NCBI RefSeq assembly: GCF_003334335.1
Contig: NZ_QOWQ01000010.1
Source of the DNA: Escherichia coli
GTDB taxonomy: Bacteria; Pseudomonadota; Gammaproteobacteria; Enterobacterales; Enterobacteriaceae
Length of the DNA: 64,000 nucleotides
Strand: one strand, 5' to 3'
Under the pieces are notes generated by a model. The model did not search any database and had not been told where the DNA came from. It saw nothing but the letters and a program-made list of their open reading frames with translations. Each line of letters starts with the position of its first letter. Position 1 is the stretch's first letter. The position numbers and the translations under genes were made by a program. Shown piece after piece: positions 1 through 16,310 of this stretch.

Positions 1-307
1 AAGGTTCGGCAAAGAATAGACGCGGCAAAAACCAGGCGGTCGGCACTGTAAACGACCAAAAGTAAACCAACAATTAACAGTGCCGTAGCTAAAAGCATCT
101 AACGTCCTTTCTTCAGGTATACTCGCCGGTCCGCTGAAGATTTTCAGAAAGCCGTAACGGATGCTTAATTTTGACTTTATGCGGCTAAAAAGTAAAACAA
201 ATGCCAGCTTTCGCTAACCACGGCGGGTAATATTCTGTAAATATGTTGGGTTCAAGGTTAAATTGAGCGCCATGCTTAGAAAATCAACGCAAGACGAAGG
301 GTGAATT

Positions 308-1907
<1,600 letters not shown>

Positions 1908-1911
1908 GTTC

Positions 1912-2463
1912 ATGCAAACGAAAAAAAATGAAATTTGGGTGGGTATCTTTTTATTAGCAGCACTGCTGGCGGCGCTGTTTGTTTGCCTGAAGGCGGCGAA
2001 CGTGACGTCCATACGTACTGAACCGACCTACACGCTTTATGCGACGTTCGATAACATTGGCGGCCTGAAAGCGCGCTCTCCGGTCAGTATTGGTGGCGTT
2101 GTTGTGGGTCGGGTGGCGGATATTACGCTGGACCCGAAAACCTATCTGCCGCGCGTAACGCTGGAAATTGAACAACGTTATAACCACATTCCAGATACCA
2201 GTTCGCTGAGCATTCGTACTTCCGGCCTGCTGGGGGAACAATATCTGGCATTAAACGTCGGTTTTGAAGACCCGGAACTGGGGACTGCTATCCTGAAGGA
2301 TGGCGATACAATTCAGGACACTAAGTCTGCGATGGTGCTGGAAGATCTCATTGGTCAGTTCCTTTACGGTAGTAAAGGCGATGACAATAAGAATAGTGGC
2401 GATGCGCCAGCTGCTGCGCCAGGTAATAATGAAACCACTGAACCTGTGGGTACAACGAAATAA
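1912..2463 (+). CDS. mlaD: MCE-domain periplasmic substrate-binding protein MlaD
   Basis: ORF-track 1897..2463; start trimmed to ATG at 1912 (MQTKKNEIWVG, N-terminal TM anchor), 183 aa. Confidence 0.9.
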   Translation: MQTKKNEIWVGIFLLAALLAALFVCLKAANVTSIRTEPTYTLYATFDNIGGLKARSPVSIGGVVVGRVADITLDPKTYLPRVTLEIEQRYNHIPDTSSLSIRTSGLLGEQYLALNVGFEDPELGTAILKDGDTIQDTKSAMVLEDLIGQFLYGSKGDDNKNSGDAPAAAPGNNETTEPVGTTK

Positions 2464-3116
<653 letters not shown>

Positions 3117-3117
<1 letters not shown>

Positions 3118-3410
3118 TGAGCGAGTCACTGAGCTGGATGCAGACGGGTGACACGCTGGCGTTATCCGGAGAGCTGGATCAGGACGTTTTGCTACCGCTT
3201 TGGGAAATGCGTGAGGAAGCGGTGAAGGGGATTACCTGCATCGATCTTAGCCGTGTCTCCCGCGTGGATACGGGGGGACTGGCACTGCTGCTCCATCTTA
3301 TCGATCTGGCGAAAAAGCAGGGCAACAATGTGACGCTTCAGGGGGTAAACGACAAAGTGTATACCCTGGCGAAATTGTATAATTTGCCTGCTGATGTTCT
3401 GCCTCGTTAA
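3117..3410 (+). CDS. mlaB: STAS-domain protein MlaB
   Basis: 97-aa ORF (MSESLSWMQTGD...) whose ATG overlaps the mlaC stop (TAATG); ORF-track 3021..3410 trimmed. Confidence 0.9.
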
Positions 3411-3569
3411 ATTTTTTCAGGCCGGATATGGCGTTAACCGCCTGTCCGGCAAACCTGCCTGCAAGTCGAGCCTTGTCTGATTTATCAGCGAGGCTTTTTG
3501 CTTATTTATGCCAGCGCAACTTTGCTCTAAGATGTTTCGCTGGTTTATTAACTGATGATTGAAGATCCC

Positions 3570-3824
3570 ATGGAAAATAATGAAATTCAGAGCGTGTTGA
3601 TGAACGCTCTCTCCCTCCAGGAAGTCCACGTTTCCGGCGATGGCAGCCACTTTCAGGTTATTGCCGTGGGTGAGTTGTTTGACGGCATGAGTCGGGTTAA
3701 AAAACAGCAGACGGTCTATGGTCCGCTGATGGAATATATTGCGGATAACCGCATTCATGCTGTGTCGATCAAAGCGTATACCCCTGCGGAGTGGGCGCGC
3801 GATCGCAAACTGAACGGCTTTTGA
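3570..3824 (+). CDS. ibaG: BolA-family acid-stress protein IbaG (YrbA)
   Basis: ORF-track 3555..3824; 84-aa product from ATG at 3570 ([10 protein letters not shown]...) matches remembered IbaG; ATG at 3555 is an alternative start. Confidence 0.85.
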
Positions 3825-3878
3825 GCTATGGGCGATTCGCCGGTAGCGGATATGAATTGTTAACTGAGAACAAACTAA

Positions 3879-5138
<1,260 letters not shown>

Positions 5139-5185
5139 TCGTCTGAGAGCTGGCAGCCCCGTTCGCGGGGCTACCGCCAGACCAC

Positions 5186-5464
5186 TCATTTTTTCGGTTT
5201 AGTGTAGCTACGCATCAACTGCGTTCTGTCGATAAACTCATGGGTCTGCGGATCATGGTAGCGTGATGGCCAGATAACCCAGGGGTCAGTTCCCAGGGCT
5301 TTCGCAATAATCATCTCTCCTTTCGGCCATGGGCGCGATAATGCATTCGCCAGCGTTGAGGAACTCAAACCATTTCTGCGAGATTCCGCCGCCATTGACG
5401 TTCCCTTCTTGCGCAAACCCGCAATGATGTCAGCGGGATGCCAGTCAATGAAATTACTTTCCAT
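5186..5464 (-). CDS. sfsB: Ner-like DNA-binding regulator SfsB (Nlp)
   Basis: 92-aa ORF MESNFIDWHPADIIAGLRKKG..., small HTH protein of Ner/Nlp family. Confidence 0.85.
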   Translation of the reverse strand: MESNFIDWHPADIIAGLRKKGTSMAAESRRNGLSSSTLANALSRPWPKGEMIIAKALGTDPWVIWPSRYHDPQTHEFIDRTQLMRSYTKPKK

Positions 5465-5691
5465 TTTTCCTCACTCCTTAAGTTAGTCGCTTTCATTCAG
5501 AACACTTCTTCTGTCGAGCATCACTATACTCCTGATGGCCTATTGCTCTAAAAAGTTCCTGTAAAGAGTGTGAATATTCAGAATATATAAAGATGCACAT
5601 CCCTATTTTTCAGGTGTTATAGAGCTGAATAAGTGTTTTTATGGAACTTACTGGAACCATCCCGCGCGCTGCGCGGGATGAGGGGAGGGGA

Positions 5692-6663
5692 TTAACGATC
5701 GCGTTGAACAGCGATGTGCGCGAGGCCGATGAGTGCTTCTCGCCAAGGGGTGTCCGGGAGCACCTGTAACGCTGCGATGGCTTTGTCTGCTTCTTCCTCG
5801 GCACGCTGACGCGTCCATTCAAGAGATCCACAAGCGTTCATTGCTTCCAGAACCGGTTCCAGAAGATGGCGACCGTTACCCTGTTCGATGGCGGTACGGA
5901 TCATCTGTGCCTGTTCTGGTGTGCCATGATGCATCGCATGCAGCAGCGGCAGCGTCGGTTTACCTTCGTTCAGATCGTCGCCGACATTTTTACCTAACTG
6001 TTCGCCATCGGCATTGTAATCGAGTAAATCGTCGATCAACTGGAAAGCAGTGCCGAGATAGCGCCCATAATCCTGCAGGCCTTTCTCCTCCTCCGGCGTA
6101 CAGCCAGCCAGAATCCCGGAACACTGCGCGGCAGCCTCAAACAGACGCGCGGTTTTGCTATAGATAACGCGCATGTAGTTTTCTTCAGTGATGTCCGGAT
6201 CGTTAACGTTCATCAGTTGCAGAACTTCACCTTCTGCGATGACGTTTACGGCTTCTGACATGACTTCCAGCACTTTGAGCGAACCGAGGCTGGTCATCAT
6301 CTGGAAAGCGCGGGTATAAATAAAATCGCCTACCAGCACGCTGGCGGCATTGCCAAATGCGGCGTTGGCGGTAGCTTTACCCCTGCGCATATCTGATTCA
6401 TCCACAACGTCGTCGTGTAGCAGAGTCGCCGTGTGGATAAACTCGATCAGGGCAGCAATGGTGACATGCGCATTTCCCTCATAGCCAACAGCTCGTGCAG
6501 CCAGTACAGCAATCATCGGACGAATACGTTTACCGCCGCCGCTGACGATGTAATAGCCTAACTGATTGATCAGTTGGACGTCGGAATTAAGCTGCTCAAG
6601 GATTGCCGCATTAACACCCGCCATATCTTGCGCGGTTAACTCATTGATTTTTTCTAAATTCAT
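5692..6663 (-). CDS. ispB: Octaprenyl diphosphate synthase IspB
   Basis: 323-aa ORF with two aspartate-rich prenyltransferase motifs (LLHDDVVDE and FQLIDDLLD). Confidence 0.95.
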   Translation of the reverse strand: MNLEKINELTAQDMAGVNAAILEQLNSDVQLINQLGYYIVSGGGKRIRPMIAVLAARAVGYEGNAHVTIAALIEFIHTATLLHDDVVDESDMRRGKATANAAFGNAASVLVGDFIYTRAFQMMTSLGSLKVLEVMSEAVNVIAEGEVLQLMNVNDPDITEENYMRVIYSKTARLFEAAAQCSGILAGCTPEEEKGLQDYGRYLGTAFQLIDDLLDYNADGEQLGKNVGDDLNEGKPTLPLLHAMHHGTPEQAQMIRTAIEQGNGRHLLEPVLEAMNACGSLEWTRQRAEEEADKAIAALQVLPDTPWREALIGLAHIAVQRDR

Positions 6664-6820
6664 CGCAAAAGCCGGGCTTTTCGCCCCGATTACCTTACTG
6701 TGAACAAAGGCAACTTAGGGTTTATGGTTAGGAATATAGGGTGATTGTACTGAAAAAATGGCACAGATAAACGTTACCGTACAAGTTGTGTTTTTTTTCT
6801 TCGTGTATTGACTGTAGCAC

Positions 6821-6849
6821 TTGTCAAAGGCGTGCGTTTTGCGTAATAT
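6821..6849 (+). promoter_or_regulatory. Candidate sigma70 promoter for rplU-rpmA
   Basis: TTGTCA (6821-6826), 17-bp spacer, TAATAT (6844-6849), followed by GC-rich discriminator CGCGCCC typical of stringently controlled ribosomal promoters. Confidence 0.45.
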
Positions 6850-6885
6850 TCGCGCCCTATTGTGAATATTTATAGCGCACTCTGA

Positions 6886-7511
<626 letters not shown>

Positions 7512-7537
7512 GTTTTTCGCGTCCCGGTAACGGATGA

Positions 7538-7567
7538 AAGCCCCGCAACACGTTGCGGGGCTTTTTA
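7538..7567 (+). terminator. Rho-independent terminator after rpmA
   Basis: GC stem AGCCCCGCAAC/GTTGCGGGGCT followed by TTTTT, 27 nt after rpmA stop. Confidence 0.75.
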
Positions 7568-7637
7568 CATTCGATAACCGGTAAAAATGCGCATGGTGCG
7601 ACGTTAATCCGCAAATGCGCTTTGCAGAGAATACGGT

Positions 7638-8603
7638 ATGAAGCAGCAGGCAGGCATTGGCATTCTTTTGGCGCTCACCACAGCAATTTGCTGGGGGGCG
7701 TTGCCAATCGCAATGAAGCAGGTGCTGGAGGTGATGGAACCTCCGACAATCGTGTTTTACCGTTTCTTGATGGCGAGTATTGGCCTGGGTGCCATTCTTG
7801 CGGTGAAGAAGAGGTTGCCGCCATTACGCGTGTTTCGTAAGCCACGCTGGTTGATTTTGTTGGCAGTGGCGACCGCCGGGCTGTTTGGGAACTTCATCCT
7901 GTTCAGCTCATCCTTGCAATACCTGAGTCCGACCGCTTCGCAGGTGATTGGGCAACTCTCGCCAGTTGGCATGATGGTTGCCAGCGTATTTATCCTCAAA
8001 GAGAAAATGCGCAGCACTCAGGTTGTAGGGGCATTGATGCTCCTGAGCGGCCTGGTGATGTTTTTTAACACCAGTCTGGTCGAGATATTTACAAAGCTCA
8101 CCGATTACACCTGGGGAGTTATCTTTGGGGTCGGTGCGGCGACGGTTTGGGTGAGTTATGGCGTGGCGCAAAAGGTTTTATTGCGTCGGCTGGCCTCACC
8201 GCAGATCCTGTTTTTACTGTACACTTTATGTACAATTGCGCTCTTCCCTCTGGCAAAGCCTGGAGTGATAGCGCAGCTTAGCCACTGGCAGCTCGCATGT
8301 TTAATTTTTTGCGGACTGAATACCTTGGTAGGATATGGCGCCCTGGCGGAAGCGATGGCTCGCTGGCAGGCAGCGCAGGTGAGCGCGATCATCACGCTCA
8401 CCCCACTGTTTACGCTGTTTTTTTCAGATCTTTTATCACTGGCCTGGCCCGATTTCTTCGCCAGACCGATGTTAAACCTTTTAGGTTATCTCGGTGCGTT
8501 TGTCGTGGTTGCGGGCGCGATGTATTCCGCCATTGGTCATCGTATTTGGGGCGGATTACGTAAGCATACAACGGTGGTATCGCAACCCCGCGCAGGCGAA
8601 TGA
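7638..8603 (+). CDS. yhbE: EamA/DMT-family inner membrane transporter YhbE
   Basis: 321-aa polytopic membrane ORF with duplicated EamA-like halves. Confidence 0.85.
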   Translation: MKQQAGIGILLALTTAICWGALPIAMKQVLEVMEPPTIVFYRFLMASIGLGAILAVKKRLPPLRVFRKPRWLILLAVATAGLFGNFILFSSSLQYLSPTASQVIGQLSPVGMMVASVFILKEKMRSTQVVGALMLLSGLVMFFNTSLVEIFTKLTDYTWGVIFGVGAATVWVSYGVAQKVLLRRLASPQILFLLYTLCTIALFPLAKPGVIAQLSHWQLACLIFCGLNTLVGYGALAEAMARWQAAQVSAIITLTPLFTLFFSDLLSLAWPDFFARPMLNLLGYLGAFVVVAGAMYSAIGHRIWGGLRKHTTVVSQPRAGE

Positions 8604-9791
<1,188 letters not shown>

Positions 9792-9809
9792 TCACTGATG
9801 ATAAACGCC

Positions 9810-9920
<111 letters not shown>

Positions 9921-9942
9921 AAGCGCACTTTGTCAATAATCT

Positions 9943-9974
9943 GAAGCCCCGGCCATGTGCCGGGGTTTCTTTTT
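9943..9974 (+). terminator. Rho-independent terminator downstream of obgE
   Basis: Hairpin GAAGCCCCGGCCATGTGCCGGGGTTTC followed by TTTTT. Confidence 0.65.
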
Positions 9975-9976
9975 GA

Positions 9977-11410
9977 CTAATTGTTCTGATAAATATCTTT
10001 ATACAAACGGCTTTCAAAACGCACTAACGGAATACGGCGATTACGCTGATCCGCAGGTTCTACTGCATAGCCAGAAAGATATTGCACAAACGCCATTCGT
10101 TGCCCGCTCGCTGTGGTAATGAATCCCGCCAGGTTATATACCCCCTGCAACGAACCGGTTTTCGCTGAGACTTTTCCATCCACGCCCGCCTGATGCAGAC
10201 CTGCACGGTACTGCAAAGAGCCGTCATAGCCCGCCAGCGGCAGCATGGAGATAAAGTTAAGTTCATTGTCGTGTTGGGCAATGTATTGCAGCACCTGCAT
10301 CATGGTGGCGGGGGCAATCAGGTTATGCCGCGAAAGCCCTGAACCATCGGCAATAATGGTGTTTCCAATATCGACACCGGCTTGCTGGCGCAGGATCTGA
10401 CGCACGGCGTCCGACCCGGCCCGCCATGTTCCAGGCACATTGAAGCGCGCATGGCCTATCATGCGGAAAACCGTATCGGCGATCATGTTGTCCGACTTTT
10501 TCAGCATAATCTTAAGCAGATCGTGCAGCGGGGCCGACTGTTTACTGGCAACTACCGTTCCAGGTTCGTTAACCTGAGTCTGGCGCAGCAGTGTTCCGCT
10601 CCAGGTGATACCCGCCTGTTTTAACTCATCTTTCAGAATTGCACCGGCATAGCTGGCTCCATCCTGCACGGCAAAAGCCAACGGGAGCGGCTCAGAACGT
10701 TGTGGCAGGCATCCCGTCAGCGTAAAGCGGTTCAGGTCGCCTGGCACCACATCCAGTTCGCAGTATTGCGCTTCGGCAGAACCACGGGGGAGGGTGCGTA
10801 CCTGGCTGAACATCGTAACGGGGTAATAAGATGCCACGCGTATAAAAGCCATATCACCAGGCTTTGGGGCACTGTAGAGCGAGACGGAGAAACAGTTGCG
10901 GTCAACTATGGCGGCGGCAGGCGGAGCGCTAAAGCATTGTGTCATGTCATTCCATGGCCAGCCGGGGGCTTTATCGTGGCTGGCGAAAATGGAGGTATCT
11001 ATCAACACATTGCCATCGATTTGGTTGACGCCAGATTTTTTCAAAGTCGCGACCATATTGCGAATATCCTGACGTTTTAACGTCGGATCGGCACCAAATC
11101 GCGCCACTAAGTCACCCTTAAGTACGCCGTTTTCCACATTGCCTTTGGTTTCAAGCGTCGTGGTAAAACGAAAATCGGGGCCGAGTTGAATCAACGCCGC
11201 CAGCGCAGTAATCACTTTCTGGGTACTGGCAGGCAGCGCCATCTGCTGACTGTGGTAATCAATAGCGGGGGCCGACGCGCCGACTTTTTGCACCATCAGG
11301 GCAAGGTTGGCACCAGCGGGGAGTTGAGTAATGTACTCATCAACATTTGCGGCCTGAACACTGAACGCTATACAGCTGGTCAATCCGATGATAAATCTGG
11401 AAAATCGCAT
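9977..11410 (-). CDS. dacB: D-alanyl-D-alanine carboxypeptidase/endopeptidase PBP4 (DacB)
   Basis: 477-aa ORF with signal peptide and active-site STQK motif. Confidence 0.95.
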   Translation of the reverse strand: MRFSRFIIGLTSCIAFSVQAANVDEYITQLPAGANLALMVQKVGASAPAIDYHSQQMALPASTQKVITALAALIQLGPDFRFTTTLETKGNVENGVLKGDLVARFGADPTLKRQDIRNMVATLKKSGVNQIDGNVLIDTSIFASHDKAPGWPWNDMTQCFSAPPAAAIVDRNCFSVSLYSAPKPGDMAFIRVASYYPVTMFSQVRTLPRGSAEAQYCELDVVPGDLNRFTLTGCLPQRSEPLPLAFAVQDGASYAGAILKDELKQAGITWSGTLLRQTQVNEPGTVVASKQSAPLHDLLKIMLKKSDNMIADTVFRMIGHARFNVPGTWRAGSDAVRQILRQQAGVDIGNTIIADGSGLSRHNLIAPATMMQVLQYIAQHDNELNFISMLPLAGYDGSLQYRAGLHQAGVDGKVSAKTGSLQGVYNLAGFITTASGQRMAFVQYLSGYAVEPADQRNRRIPLVRFESRLYKDIYQNN

Positions 11411-11529
11411 AATCTCGCGCTAACAACCTGGAATCGAGCCGTCATACTACGGCGCAACGCCCTATAAAGTAAACGATGACCCTTCGGGAACTTCAGGGTA
11501 AAATGACTATCAAAATGTGAATTGTAGCT

Positions 11530-11563
11530 GACCTGGGACTTGTACCCGGGTCGGTATTTTTTT
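11530..11563 (+). terminator. Leader terminator/attenuator upstream of greA (GraL-type)
   Basis: GACCTGGG-ACTTGTA-CCCGGGTC hairpin followed by T7 run about 95 nt upstream of the greA ATG. Confidence 0.5.
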
Positions 11564-11657
11564 GCTTCTGGTCCCGGTAAGGAGTTATGCCGGGCAGGCC
11601 GAACAGCCGGGGTGGGTGAAGACTTGCCCTATCAGGAATATTCAAGAGGTATAACAA

Positions 11658-12134
<477 letters not shown>

Positions 12135-12175
12135 GAATTACCCAATACTCAAGATGTTGATGTATTGTAAAGAAA

Positions 12176-12206
12176 GGAAAAAGGCCGCTATGCGGCCTTT
12201 TATCAA
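12176..12206 (+). terminator. Terminator between convergent greA and yhbY
   Basis: AAAAAGGCCGCTATGCGGCCTTTTAT: GC hairpin flanked by A-run and T-run, so potentially bidirectional. Confidence 0.7.
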
Positions 12207-12289
12207 CGAACAGAGCGTGGCATTTTGCTCTCCTGCCTGCGGAAAACCCCTCGTTTTACACAGCAAATGTGTGTAACTTTAGGATAATC

Positions 12290-12583
12290 TTAGCGTGGCA
12301 GCGAGATTTTACGTTCTTTAGTTGGGCGATAAAGCACCAGCGTTTTACCGATGACCTGTACATTACAGGCGCCGGTTTCGCGCACGATAGCTTCCACGAT
12401 CAAGGTTTTAGTTTCGCGATCTTCGGTGGCGATTTTCACCTTGATGAGTTCATGGTGCTCTAACGCTTGTTCAATCTCGGCCAGCACCCCTTCGGTCAAA
12501 CCATTACTGCCAAGCAGAACAACTGGCTTGAGCGGATGTGCCAGACCTTTCAGGTGCTGTTTTTGTTTAGTACTCAGATTCAT
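12290..12583 (-). CDS. yhbY: CRM-domain RNA-binding protein YhbY
   Basis: 97-aa ORF MNLSTKQKQHLKGLAHPLKPVV..., divergent from rlmE. Confidence 0.9.
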   Translation of the reverse strand: MNLSTKQKQHLKGLAHPLKPVVLLGSNGLTEGVLAEIEQALEHHELIKVKIATEDRETKTLIVEAIVRETGACNVQVIGKTLVLYRPTKERKISLPR

Positions 12584-12708
12584 CGTATTTTTTGCTTACG
12601 TTGGGATTGAAAACGGGTCATTCTACCGCCATCTCCCATATATCACCAAATAGGCGCGTAAAAATTTACGCAATTGGTTACGATGAGTTATCCCCATGGG
12701 AAAGTTAA

Positions 12709-13338
12709 ATGACAGGTAAGAAGCGTTCTGCCAGCTCCAGCCGCTGGCTTCAGGAACACTTTAGCGATAAATATGTTCAACAGGCACAGAAAAAGGGGTT
12801 ACGTTCCCGTGCCTGGTTTAAACTTGATGAAATACAGCAAAGTGACAAACTCTTTAAACCGGGAATGACGGTTGTCGACCTTGGTGCTGCTCCGGGTGGT
12901 TGGTCACAATATGTGGTCACCCAAATTGGCGGCAAAGGCCGCATCATCGCTTGCGATCTTTTACCTATGGATCCTATCGTTGGTGTGGACTTTCTTCAGG
13001 GCGATTTTCGTGATGAACTGGTGATGAAAGCACTGCTGGAGCGCGTTGGCGACAGCAAAGTCCAGGTTGTCATGTCCGATATGGCACCAAACATGAGCGG
13101 AACACCGGCGGTGGATATCCCCCGTGCCATGTATCTGGTGGAACTGGCGCTAGAAATGTGTCGTGATGTATTAGCGCCAGGTGGCAGTTTTGTAGTGAAG
13201 GTGTTCCAGGGCGAAGGTTTCGATGAGTATCTAAGGGAAATTCGCTCCCTGTTTACGAAGGTCAAAGTTCGTAAGCCGGACTCTTCTCGTGCACGTTCGC
13301 GGGAAGTGTATATTGTAGCGACCGGGCGTAAACCCTAA
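12709..13338 (+). CDS. rlmE: 23S rRNA U2552 2'-O-methyltransferase RlmE (FtsJ/RrmJ)
   Basis: 209-aa ORF with SAM-binding motif [11 protein letters not shown]. Confidence 0.95.
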
Positions 13339-13437
13339 CCGGGAGATTTCAGACGAAAGTTTGAAAGATGCTGGATATAGAGTATCCTGACGCTGTTTTT
13401 AACACAGTTGTAATAAGAGGTTAATCCCTTGAGTGAC

Positions 13438-15372
13438 ATGGCGAAAAACCTAATACTCTGGCTGGTCATTGCCGTTGTGCTGATGTCAGTATTCCAGAGC
13501 TTTGGGCCCAGCGAGTCTAATGGCCGTAAGGTGGATTACTCTACCTTCCTACAAGAGGTCAATAACGACCAGGTTCGTGAAGCGCGTATCAACGGACGTG
13601 AAATCAACGTTACCAAGAAAGATAGTAACCGTTATACCACTTACATTCCGGTTCAGGATCCGAAATTACTGGATAACCTGTTGACCAAGAACGTCAAGGT
13701 TGTCGGTGAACCGCCTGAAGAACCAAGCCTGCTGGCTTCTATCTTCATCTCCTGGTTCCCGATGCTGTTGCTGATTGGTGTCTGGATCTTCTTCATGCGT
13801 CAAATGCAGGGCGGCGGTGGCAAAGGTGCCATGTCGTTTGGTAAGAGCAAAGCGCGCATGCTGACGGAAGATCAGATCAAAACGACCTTTGCTGACGTTG
13901 CGGGCTGCGACGAAGCAAAAGAAGAAGTTGCTGAACTGGTTGAGTATCTGCGCGAGCCGAGCCGCTTCCAGAAACTCGGCGGTAAGATCCCGAAAGGCGT
14001 CTTGATGGTCGGTCCTCCGGGTACCGGTAAAACGCTGCTGGCGAAAGCGATTGCAGGCGAAGCGAAAGTTCCGTTCTTTACTATCTCCGGTTCTGACTTC
14101 GTAGAAATGTTCGTCGGTGTGGGTGCATCCCGTGTTCGTGACATGTTCGAACAGGCGAAGAAAGCGGCACCGTGCATCATCTTTATCGATGAAATCGACG
14201 CCGTAGGCCGCCAGCGTGGCGCTGGTCTGGGCGGTGGTCACGATGAACGTGAACAGACTCTGAACCAGATGCTGGTTGAGATGGATGGCTTCGAAGGTAA
14301 CGAAGGTATCATCGTTATCGCCGCGACTAACCGTCCGGACGTTCTCGACCCGGCCCTGCTGCGTCCTGGCCGTTTCGACCGTCAGGTTGTGGTCGGCTTG
14401 CCAGATGTTCGCGGTCGTGAGCAGATCCTGAAAGTTCACATGCGTCGCGTACCATTGGCACCCGATATCGACGCGGCAATCATTGCCCGTGGTACTCCTG
14501 GTTTCTCCGGTGCTGACCTGGCGAACCTGGTGAACGAAGCGGCACTGTTCGCTGCTCGTGGCAACAAACGCGTTGTGTCGATGGTTGAGTTCGAGAAAGC
14601 GAAAGACAAAATCATGATGGGTGCGGAACGTCGCTCCATGGTGATGACGGAAGCGCAGAAAGAATCGACGGCTTACCACGAAGCGGGTCATGCGATTATC
14701 GGTCGCCTGGTGCCGGAACACGATCCGGTGCACAAAGTGACGATTATCCCACGCGGTCGTGCGCTGGGTGTGACTTTCTTCTTGCCTGAGGGCGACGCAA
14801 TCAGCGCCAGCCGTCAGAAACTGGAAAGCCAGATTTCTACGCTGTACGGTGGTCGTCTGGCAGAAGAGATCATCTACGGGCCGGAACATGTATCTACCGG
14901 TGCGTCCAACGATATTAAAGTTGCGACCAACCTGGCACGTAACATGGTGACTCAGTGGGGCTTCTCTGAGAAATTGGGTCCACTGCTGTACGCGGAAGAA
15001 GAAGGTGAAGTGTTCCTCGGCCGTAGCGTAGCGAAAGCGAAACATATGTCCGATGAAACTGCACGTATCATCGACCAGGAAGTGAAAGCACTGATTGAGC
15101 GTAACTATAATCGTGCGCGTCAGCTTCTGACCGACAATATGGATATTCTGCATGCGATGAAAGATGCTCTCATGAAATATGAGACTATCGACGCACCGCA
15201 GATTGATGACCTGATGGCACGTCGCGATGTACGTCCGCCAGCGGGCTGGGAAGAACCAGGCGCTTCTAACAATTCTGGCGACAATGGTAGTCCAAAGGCT
15301 CCTCGTCCGGTTGATGAACCGCGTACGCCGAACCCGGGTAACACCATGTCAGAGCAGTTAGGCGACAAGTAA
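13438..15372 (+). CDS. ftsH: ATP-dependent zinc metalloprotease FtsH (HflB)
   Basis: ORF-track 13429..15372 trimmed to ATG 13438 ([10 protein letters not shown]...); AAA Walker A GPPGTGKT and zinc site HEAGH present. Confidence 0.96.
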
Positions 15373-15403
15373 GTTCCCGCATCAGATGACTGTATTTGTA
15401 CCG

Positions 15404-15434
15404 AAAACCCCGGGGCGTGCTCCGGGGTTTTTTC
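15404..15434 (+). terminator. Rho-independent terminator after ftsH
   Basis: AAAACCCCGGGGCGTGCTCCGGGGTTTTTT. Confidence 0.75.
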
Positions 15435-15461
15435 TTATCAATTCATACCAGGGATAACATC

Positions 15462-16310
15462 ATGAAACTCTTTGCCCAGGGTACTTCACTGGACCTTAGC
15501 CATCCTCACGTAATGGGGATCCTCAACGTCACGCCTGATTCCTTTTCGGATGGTGGCACGCATAACTCGCTGATAGATGCGGTGAAACATGCGAATCTGA
15601 TGATCAACGCTGGCGCGACGATCATTGACGTTGGTGGCGAGTCCACGCGCCCAGGGGCGGCGGAAGTTAGCGTTGAAGAAGAGTTGCAACGTGTTATTCC
15701 TGTGGTTGAGGCAATTGCTCAACGCTTCGAAGTCTGGATCTCAGTCGATACATCCAAACCAGAAGTCATCCGTGAGTCAGCGAAAGTTGGCGCTCACATT
15801 ATTAATGATATCCGCTCCCTTTCCGAACCTGGCGCTCTGGAGGCGGCTGCAGAAACCGGTTTACCGGTTTGTCTGATGCATATGCAGGGAAATCCAAAAA
15901 CCATGCAGGAAGCTCCGAAGTATGACGATGTCTTTGCAGAAGTGAATCGCTACTTTATTGAGCAAATAGCACGTTGCGAGCAGGCGGGTATCGCAAAAGA
16001 GAAATTGTTGCTCGACCCCGGATTCGGTTTCGGTAAAAATCTCTCCCATAACTATTCATTACTGGCGCGCCTGGCTGAATTTCACCATTTCAACCTGCCG
16101 CTGTTGGTGGGTATGTCACGAAAATCGATGATTGGGCAGCTGCTGAACGTGGGGCCGTCCGAGCGCCTGAGCGGTAGTCTGGCCTGTGCGGTCATTGCCG
16201 CAATGCAAGGCGCGCACATCATTCGTGTTCATGACGTCAAAGAAACCGTAGAAGCGATGCGGGTGGTGGAAGCCACTCTGTCTGCAAAGGAAAACAAACG
16301 CTATGAGTAA
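15462..16310 (+). CDS. folP: Dihydropteroate synthase FolP
   Basis: ORF-track 15396..16310 trimmed to ATG 15462 ([32 protein letters not shown]), 282 aa. Confidence 0.95.

Noticed and set aside
5657-5681. CATCCCGCGCGCTGCGCGGGATG hairpin downstream of ispB
   Set aside because: Perfect palindrome, but not followed by a U-tract on the ispB strand; could be a REP fragment or protein-binding site, so not called as a terminator.
12584-12708. Possible sigma32 heat-shock promoter upstream of rlmE-ftsH (TTGAAA ... CCCATAT)
   Set aside because: The spacing between the candidate -35 and -10 elements (about 22 bp) is too long for a confident call without TSS data.
13666-15153. 495-aa ORF on the minus strand antisense to ftsH
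   Set aside because: Lies entirely within the well-supported ftsH CDS in antisense, with a low-complexity, motif-free translation; typical shadow ORF of a GC-rich gene.
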